From an uncultured Mycoplasmatota bacterium (lineage in GTDB: Bacteria; Bacillota_I; Bacilli_A; RF39; UBA660), in the NCBI GenBank assembly GCA_900542735.1, contig UQOS01000002.1:7545-71544 (forward strand): a DNA stretch of 64,000 bases, read 5' to 3'. Within the stretch, counting starts at the first letter, position 1; every line of letters starts with the position of its first letter. Below, one piece after another: positions 18,101 through 27,100 of the stretch. The notes beneath the pieces are model-generated. The model made no database searches, was not told the origin of the DNA, and saw only the letters and a list, made by a program, of their open reading frames with translations. The translations under genes were made by a program, and so were the position numbers.

Positions 18101-21100
18101 TTAGTAGCATGAATAATATAGGTTTTAATATCTCCATTTTCTGCTGTTACTATTACTTCAATATCTTTGGTAATACCAATTTCTAAATCTGTATTATTTC
18201 TTATTTCAACAGTTGCATCTTTAGAATTTGTTTCATAAATAACAGTAGCACTATCATATTCATATGGAATATCAACATTATATTCTAAAATATCTTTATT
18301 AAAGCTTGGATCTATTAATCCTTCTGCTACTTGCAATGATTTTAACGAATTATCACTACATTTTTTTCTATTAACATGAATTATATAATCTCTACTATTT
18401 TCACCATAACTTACAGTAATTACTATATCATTATTACCTGTATTTAATTGATATTCACCTAATCCATTAATATCATTTAATGTTTCTTTTAAAGTAGCAT
18501 CAACGATAACACTATCAATTTCATAATCAACCGAAACATTATATTCTAAAGTATCTGGATCAAATACTGGATCTAAATCATAAATAGTATCATCATGACT
18601 TACAGTTAAACTGTTTAATCCAAATTCAAATTCTCTATTTATAGTTATATTATAAGTATTTACTAATCCACTTTCACTAGTTACCGTAATTGGAATTACA
18701 TTAATTCCATAATCTAAAATATAACTACCATTTCCCACTATTGTTTGCATTTTTTGACCTTTAATAGTTTTAATGTTTATTTCACTGATATCTTTTGAAA
18801 CATTTACAGTATAATCATTTACTTCATTATTAAAGTCTGGTGTTAATGGATAAATAGTTTCTATATCATTTTTCATAGAAGAAACAGTAATACCATTTAA
18901 TAAATTATTATCACTTGCACTCCTATTAGCATGAATTTTATAAGTTTTACCACGTGTTTTATCAGCAGATAATACTACAACATTTACGATATTTTCACCA
19001 GTTACAAAGTTAGAATTACCAGTAATATATACTAATTGGTCTTCTGCTTCTTTAGTATAAATAATATCTAATTGGTTAACGGTACTATCAATATTAATGT
19101 AGTAGTCAACGGTATTTTTAACAAACTCTGGTGATAATTCATAACCTGTTACTTTCAAATTAGCTAAGTTAACATTATCACTTTGTTTTCTTATAATATT
19201 TAAAGTATATGTAGATGGATCACCTATTTCTGGTGTTACTATAATTTGGAAAGTATTTAAACCAGGTGTTAAATTAAATTCACCATTTCCAAATACTGTA
19301 GCATGAGTAGTATTAACAGCAGTACCCTCAATTTTAACGGTACTAATTTCACTATCTACTTCTAATACATAATCAAATTTATACTTATTGAAAACTTGTA
19401 AGAAATCACCGGTATCACCTGATGAAACAGTTAAACTAGCAAGTAGATTACTATATTTTTCATTACGATAAGCATGAATGATATAGTCTTTTTCGTTACA
19501 ACCATATCTAGTTTTAACAGTAGTAGAACAGCTTTCTGATTTAGTATGAACTATAATATCATTACGTCCAAAGTATAATACTTTAGCACCTTTTATTTCT
19601 ATTTGTTGATTATCATTTTTCTTTTCAACATCAAGTTCATATTTACCACTTTCTATTGCATTAAATTCTACGTTGTATTCATATAAATTTTCATCAAAAT
19701 CTGTAATCTCATATTCTGGAGTAATAAAGGAAACACCTAGAATATTAGGATCACTATTTGCTTCTCTATATACTGTTAAAGTATAATCAAAAGTTTCATT
19801 TAATGAATTTTTAACTCTTATGATAATAGTATTTTCACCAACACTTAAATTACTATTTCCAATTATTTCATAAGTTTGTAGATTGTTTTTAGGTGTTATT
19901 ACTAAATCATCTAAACTAGTAATTTCATTAGGAATATAGATTTCATAGTTAGTAGTATCTTCATTAAATACTTTATCAAAAGTACATATACCACTACAGT
20001 CATCTTCTTTTTGGAAATTAGCTTCAATATTAGCTAATTTTAACTCTCTTGTTTTACTTCTTACCAAGTTAACAGTATAAATAGCTACATCACCATTTTC
20101 AGCTGTTACCATAAATTGATACTGATTATCATAAGTTAATTTTTGAGGAAGCATTACATTGTGAACAGCATATTCATTACTTAATGTAATAGAAGTAAGA
20201 GTAGCATTTGTATCTGTATCAAAGATATCATAACTAAACTCTTTATCACTGTTTGGTTTTATCTCAACACCATCTACTACAATTTTATCAACATTATTAT
20301 TAGTAGATAACTCTGGTAATACAGAAATGTGATAATACTTCTGAACGACGCCATCACCTGCTGTTACTGTAATCGTATAGATATTACTTGTTTTATCAAA
20401 ATCAATATCTAGTTTATTATCTAAAGTAATACTAGCATTTTTATCTGCTAAACTGTAAATTATTTCATCTCTAGTTAATGTTTTTTTCGTTCTTGGAACT
20501 CTAATTGTATATTCAGTTTCTTCTGGATCATAAGTTTCTTCAAATGGGTAATTTTTTACTGATAAACTACTAAGTTGTGCATTAACTGAATCACATCTAG
20601 TAATTTCTATTGTATAAGTTTTTTCTGTCTTATCTTCAGCTCTTACTACTATTTCAATCGTATTAAGTCCATACTCTAGATTAAATGGTTTACTTAAATC
20701 TGTTACAACAGTAGCTTTTGTATCAGCTAAAACTGCCGTTATCATTACTTGATTCATAGTACCAATTACGGTTTTCTCATAACTTAATTTAGTTGATGAA
20801 AAATTAGGTAATGAAACATAGTTTACTTGTAGGTCCATTAAATCATTATTACTAGATTCACTACGAATAATACGAACAGTATAAGTATCAGTAGTATCAT
20901 CTTCAGCTGTTACTGTTAAAGAAATATCTTTATTATATTCTGTAGCTAATAGAGTATGTTTAGATGGATTAGCTGGATTAACACTAGCCATATCAGGAAG
21001 TGTTGCTTCTAAAGTAAAATCAGAAGTATTACTTGGTACTTCAATAGTACATAATTTAGAAGTTGGGTCCATATTACAACTAAATTTATTATCAGATACT

Positions 21101-24100
21101 GTTACATTAACACTAGAAATTGTTGTATCACTAGATTTTTCACGACTTACATTTAATATATAAGTTGATTTATTAGTTCCATCTTCTGATGTAGATACAA
21201 TTGTATATTTTGTTACTTTTCCTGATACTAAATCTTTGTCTTCAAAAGTTACTGTACTATCTGGATCTAGTGTTGTATAAGTAAAATTATCTTTACTTAA
21301 ATGGTTTATAAAGTTAGGTACTGTTACATTATATTCATAAGTATCAGATTGGAAAACTGGATCTAGTGTATAGGTACTAAGTTCTAAATTAGACAATCTA
21401 GATTCATTAGAAAGTGGTCTTCTTATTGTAACATTATATACTCTTTCTTCTCCACGACTTGATGTTACAGTAATAGGAATATCTAAATATTTTTCATTGG
21501 CTGGGAAGTTATAATCACCATTTCCAGTAATTGTAGCAATATCAACTTCTTTAGTAGCTAATACAGTACAAGAAGTTACATTGCTTTCTGTAAATACAGT
21601 ATAAGAAGTAGTTTCTCTATCAAAAACTGGATCTAAATTACCACAACTAACATTTAAAGTAGATAAATAATTATTAATTACTACTTCATCTGTTAAAGTT
21701 AAAGTATAAGTAGTTTCAGTATTATCTTCTGCTTTTACAGTAACCGTAATATTACTACTTGTAGTAATATCAGGTATCGTAATTACATTTTTATAAGTAT
21801 TTGAAGAAGTAGTTACTTGCTCATTATTATCTATCATAATACTTTTAATAGTAGCTGTATTCTTTAGTGTTTTTAACTCTAGGTTAGCACTTGTTAGAGT
21901 ACTAGGTATAAATACTTCATAAGTAGTTGTATCTTTATCAAACTTAGGAGTAAATCCATAATTACCAAGTTTAAATATCTCTAATCTAGAATCTGTTGAT
22001 ACTACTTTGGTAACAGTAAGTTTATAAGTATTTGTAGTTTTCTTATCCTCAGCTGTTACTTTGATTAGAACTTCTTGCGTTTGATCATTTGTAAAATTAC
22101 TATTACCTTCTACTGTATAAGTAGCATAAGAATCTGTTAAGACAATATTATCTAAATTCAAACTAGATTCATCAGTAGTAATTGTATAATTAAAGGTATT
22201 TTTATCAAATGTTTCATTAGTAATAATACCTAGTGAATCAATAGTAGCAATATTATTATCTGATCTATTTATCACTAAATTATAAGTAGATGTCGTATTA
22301 TCTTCAGCAGTAACAATAATCATATAAATATTACTTCCTGTTATTAAATTAATATCATTATCTACAATATCACCATTAATATCATAAATTTTATAACTAG
22401 CATACTCATTTCTAACAGTTGGTGTGATAGTAAGATTATGAGCTTTTGTATTTAAAGTATATTGATAACTTTCAGAATTAAATTCTTCATTTAATCCTTC
22501 ACTAGTCGTTAAGTTTGATAGTTTAGAATCACTACTCTTATTTCTATTAATAGTAATTTTATAAGTTCTAACATTACCATTTTGAGCAGTAACATTTACA
22601 AAGAAAATATTTTCTCCTAAAGTTAATTCTTGTGGGAAAGTATCTATAACGTTACCAGTTGAATCAGTGATAGAATAAGTAGCATTCTTACTTTCTATAG
22701 TAGCATTTATCGTAATACGACTATCTTCTGTTGTTTTTGTATATTCCAATAATTCTTTTGAAAATTCTTGTTCCAATCCAGTGTTGGTAGTTAAATTTGA
22801 TAAATAATTATTATCATCTAATACAAAATTGGCATTAATTTTATAGATTCTAATATCTCCCGTTTCACTGGTTACTTTAATTTCAATTTCATTTAATCCA
22901 AGATTTAGTTTTAAATTTCCAATTATTTCTACTTTAGCATATTTATTATTTGGAATTGCAGTAATTTCAATATTTACTTTATGGGTATCAAAATTATATT
23001 CTAAAGTATTTGGATCAAATGAAGGATTAAGAATAATATCTTTTACTTCTAGTGTTTTTAAAGTATTATCACTACTTAATTCTCTTGTTACAGTTAAAGT
23101 ATATACTTTTTCTACACCAGTTTCACTAGTTACGGTAATTGTGATGATATTCTCCCCTGGTACTAAATTTTTAGCATTATCACTAATTACTACTTTGGCA
23201 TATTTGTTATTTGGAACTGCCTTAATATTTAGTGAATGATCATTGGTAGTAAAACTATAATTTAAGGTATCTGAATTGAAATTAGGAATTAGAGTATTCT
23301 CTTCTACTTCTAAACTAGCTAGTGTATTATCACTGGATTTTTCCCTTGTGATTATTACAGAGTATGTTCTAGTAGTTCCATCTTCTGCAGTCACAACAAT
23401 ATTATTTTCAGAAGGATTATCTGATAATAAATTAATATTTTTTACATATACACTACTATTTCCAATTGATGCACGCTTTTTACCATTAGAAGTTGCAGTT
23501 AAGACTACATTCGTTATATCATTTGGTAAATTTAATACATATTTATCATATAATGGATCAAAATTTGGTGTTAGTATGTAATTTTCATTACCATTTGTTA
23601 CTAATAATGATTGTAAGTAATTATCATTGTAGCCAGTACGATTTACTATTAATTTATAATCACAAGTTGATTTATCTTCTGATGTTACTCTAATAGTTAT
23701 TTCATTTTTACCAGCAATTAAATTATTGTAATTACCTATTATTTGATATGTAGAAGTTCCTGCTTGAGGTGTTGCATTTATAGTTAGTTTTTCAACTTCT
23801 CCAGTTACATATAAATAATATACAAATTTTGTAGATTCAAACTTTTCTGTTAGTGGAGCTTCATCTACTGTTAAATCAGCAAGTAAAGTATTACTATTTG
23901 CTTTTCTTCTTACCACAATAGTATAAGTTAAACTGCTGCCATCTTGAGCTGTTACTACTACATTAATAGTATTTGCACCAACATTTAAGTCATATTCTTG
24001 TAAACCAGTAGAAGTTGCTAATAATTCATCTTCTAAAGTACCGGTTAAAGATATTTTTGAAACAGAGTTTTCTACTTCTAGGTCATATTTTAAATTCATT

Positions 24101-27100
24101 TTGTTGAATTCTGGACTAAGAGTTATTTTTTTAGGATTATCTTTGTTTGTAATATCTGTTACTGTTAAATCTGTTAAGAAAGCATTATTACTTTCTAGTC
24201 TAGTAACATAAATGGTATATTGTTTTTCGGTACCATTTTGAGCTGTTACTGTTATCTTAATAGTATTTTGTCCATAATCTAAGGTATCAGGTTTGGTAAT
24301 TTTTACAGTAGCATTTGGATCATCTGCTATAGCTTCTATTTCAACATTTTCTGTTTCATGAGGAACTGTTACATAATAATCCGTTATATTGTAAGAATAA
24401 TTAATATCATACTCAGGTGAAGTCATCTTTAAAGATCTTAAATCAGCATTACCTGTCATATCACGGTAAATATCATAATACCATGAAGTAGTATTATTTT
24501 TATCTTCTGATGTAACATCTATTTGGAATTTATTGCTTCCACCTGATAATTCATATAAACCATCGCCATTTACTGTTTGGAAATAATGAGCTTTATCTAC
24601 TACCATTACGATTTCACGGATAGTATATGGTACTTTTACTTGATATGAGTTAGTATTTTCATCAAATTTATAAACACAAGTACCTTCCATAGAAGAACAG
24701 TATTCTTGAAGTAAACCATTAATTAAAATATTTTTAGGAGAAGCATTAGTATCAGCTTTTCTTGTTACTACTACTTTATAAGTTTTGGTATAACCGTTTT
24801 CAGCAGTTACCACTAATGGTATTTCTGTAGTACCAGCTTCAATAATATAATCACCATTTCCAACAACACTTGCTTTACCATCTGAAGGAACTCCTTCAAC
24901 ATTAATTTCAACTTCATCACTTGCTAAGGTTAAGTAATAAGTATCGGTATTATAATCCCAGTCTGGAGTCATTACTCCTTTATTTGAAATGATACCATCA
25001 AGGTAGTTATTTTCACTTTCTTGATAAGGAATTGTGATTTTGGCATAACCATTACCGGCATGTCCTGTTTCTTTTGTTCCTGTTGGTGAGGTAAAGGAAT
25101 TAGAACCACTTAAGGTGTTGGCGTTTGTTAAATAATAATCACTGTTTAATAACCATTTACTGTCATTTTCAATTACGGATGCGTTTTCTTCGGTATAGAT
25201 GAAACCAGATCCACCACCGCCACCGTTAGACCAGCCGCTTGTAGCTCCACTTCCTCCACCGTACCAGCCGCCTCCGCCGCCACCACCGTAGTAATTTCCA
25301 CCACTAGTAGGAGCGTTAGCACCAATACCAAATTTACCTATTGTTCCAATTGCGCTACTATATTTTCCGTAAGTTCCACCTTCAGTTTGAGTACCACCAC
25401 CAGCTTGAGTTCCACATGAACCACTGGCGCTAGATCCACCACCATTAAGGCCTCCACCTACAGCACCACTAGCACAACCATCTGATCCGTGTCCGCCACC
25501 ACCACCGGCAACGATTACACGACTATATAAGGAATCTGTACCTATACGAATATCTGATGCTCCTCCACCTTTACCAACGCGAGAAGTACCACCACCATTA
25601 AATCCACCACTGGCACCACTTCCACCAGCATATACATAAAGAATAGTACCTTTGGTTAAGTAAATATTACCATAAGAGTAACCACCACGGCCACCACCAT
25701 TACCACCTTGGGCTCCCCAAACTTCTAGTAAATATTCATGGTCGTATGGAATAATTACAGTTTGAACATTACCATTATAACTTAAATCTTTTTCATAACC
25801 ACTTACAGTTACTCGTTTTACATGAAGAATATAAGTTGTTGCATCAACATGTGGCTCTGTTACATTGATCGTAATATCAAAATTGTCAGATTCAATGTAG
25901 CCATCGCCAGTTACTGTAGCTTTAGCTTCATTATCATATAAATCAACAATAGTATTTACTGCTGCTATATGGCTTTCAAATTCAATATCAAATTCCGTTT
26001 GATCATTAGGAATTGGTATTTCTATTACTGAACCACCACTACTGTTAAAGGTTAGTTTTTTAATTTTACTTGAGTGAGGTAAAGTAATGTTTAAAGTATA
26101 AGTTTTCGTACTTGTACCAGTTTCATTAGTTACTGAAATTGGTATTTTATAAGTATTATTTTTATTAGAAATATGACCGATATTAGTAATAATTTGGTCG
26201 GCTGAACCTTTATCAACTGTTAAATCATACTCATCCATATAATAAGGTAAGGTTACATTATAAGTTAAAGTATCTTTATCAAAAGTTTTATCAGAAAATT
26301 CAGAGATAGAATATTCATCAAAATAGATATTATTTAAATAATCAATATCATTTGCTTCACGGTGAATGTGATATGTAAATACTTCTACAGCGCCATTAAT
26401 ATAAGTAATGGTTATATTATAAGTATTATCACCAACATGAATTTCTTGTTTACCATCACCATCTACTTTTAAGATAGAATCACTATCAGTTACTGTGAAG
26501 GTTACTAAAGAAGAATCATTACTAGATAAAGTTCCAGTATATTCTTTTGTATCATAATCAAATTCTTTATCTAAAGTAACATTATCACTAACGATAATAT
26601 CATAATCATATGATAATGAGAAAGATATTTTAACGAATCCATTACCAGTATGACCTGTTTCATTGCCACCTTTTGGTGCTGGGAAGCTAGTGTTTCCGGC
26701 TTTAGTAGATGCTTCAGATAGATATTGACTAGATGATAATAAGTATTCATCAGGTACGATAGACGCGTTTGATTCGGTCCAAACAAAACCAGAACCTCCA
26801 CCGCCTCCACGGTCATCGTCTCTAGAACCGTCAACGCCAGCTCCGCCACCGCCGTACCAGCCGCCGCCACCGCCTCCGCCGTAGCCACCATTAGCAGCAA
26901 TTCCGGATCCTCCTTTTCCAAAGGTTCCGATATTGGCACCGCCTGAAGTTTGACTAGCACCTTGAGCACCATCACCGTAATCACCTGCACCGTTGCCACC
27001 GGAAGTTCCGCCACCAACTCCGCCGGTATTACCACTAGCGCCAACGGAACCACCTCCGCCAGCAACTATTAAACGATTATATAATGATTGGCCACCTAAG

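Noticed and set aside
11285-23693. Plus-strand ORFs inside the giant genes (11285-11482, 15833-16072, 17816-18010, 23276-23581, 23493-23693).
   Set aside because: They are antisense to long uninterrupted coding frames, are short and low complexity, and have no RBS. They are best explained as chance open frames.
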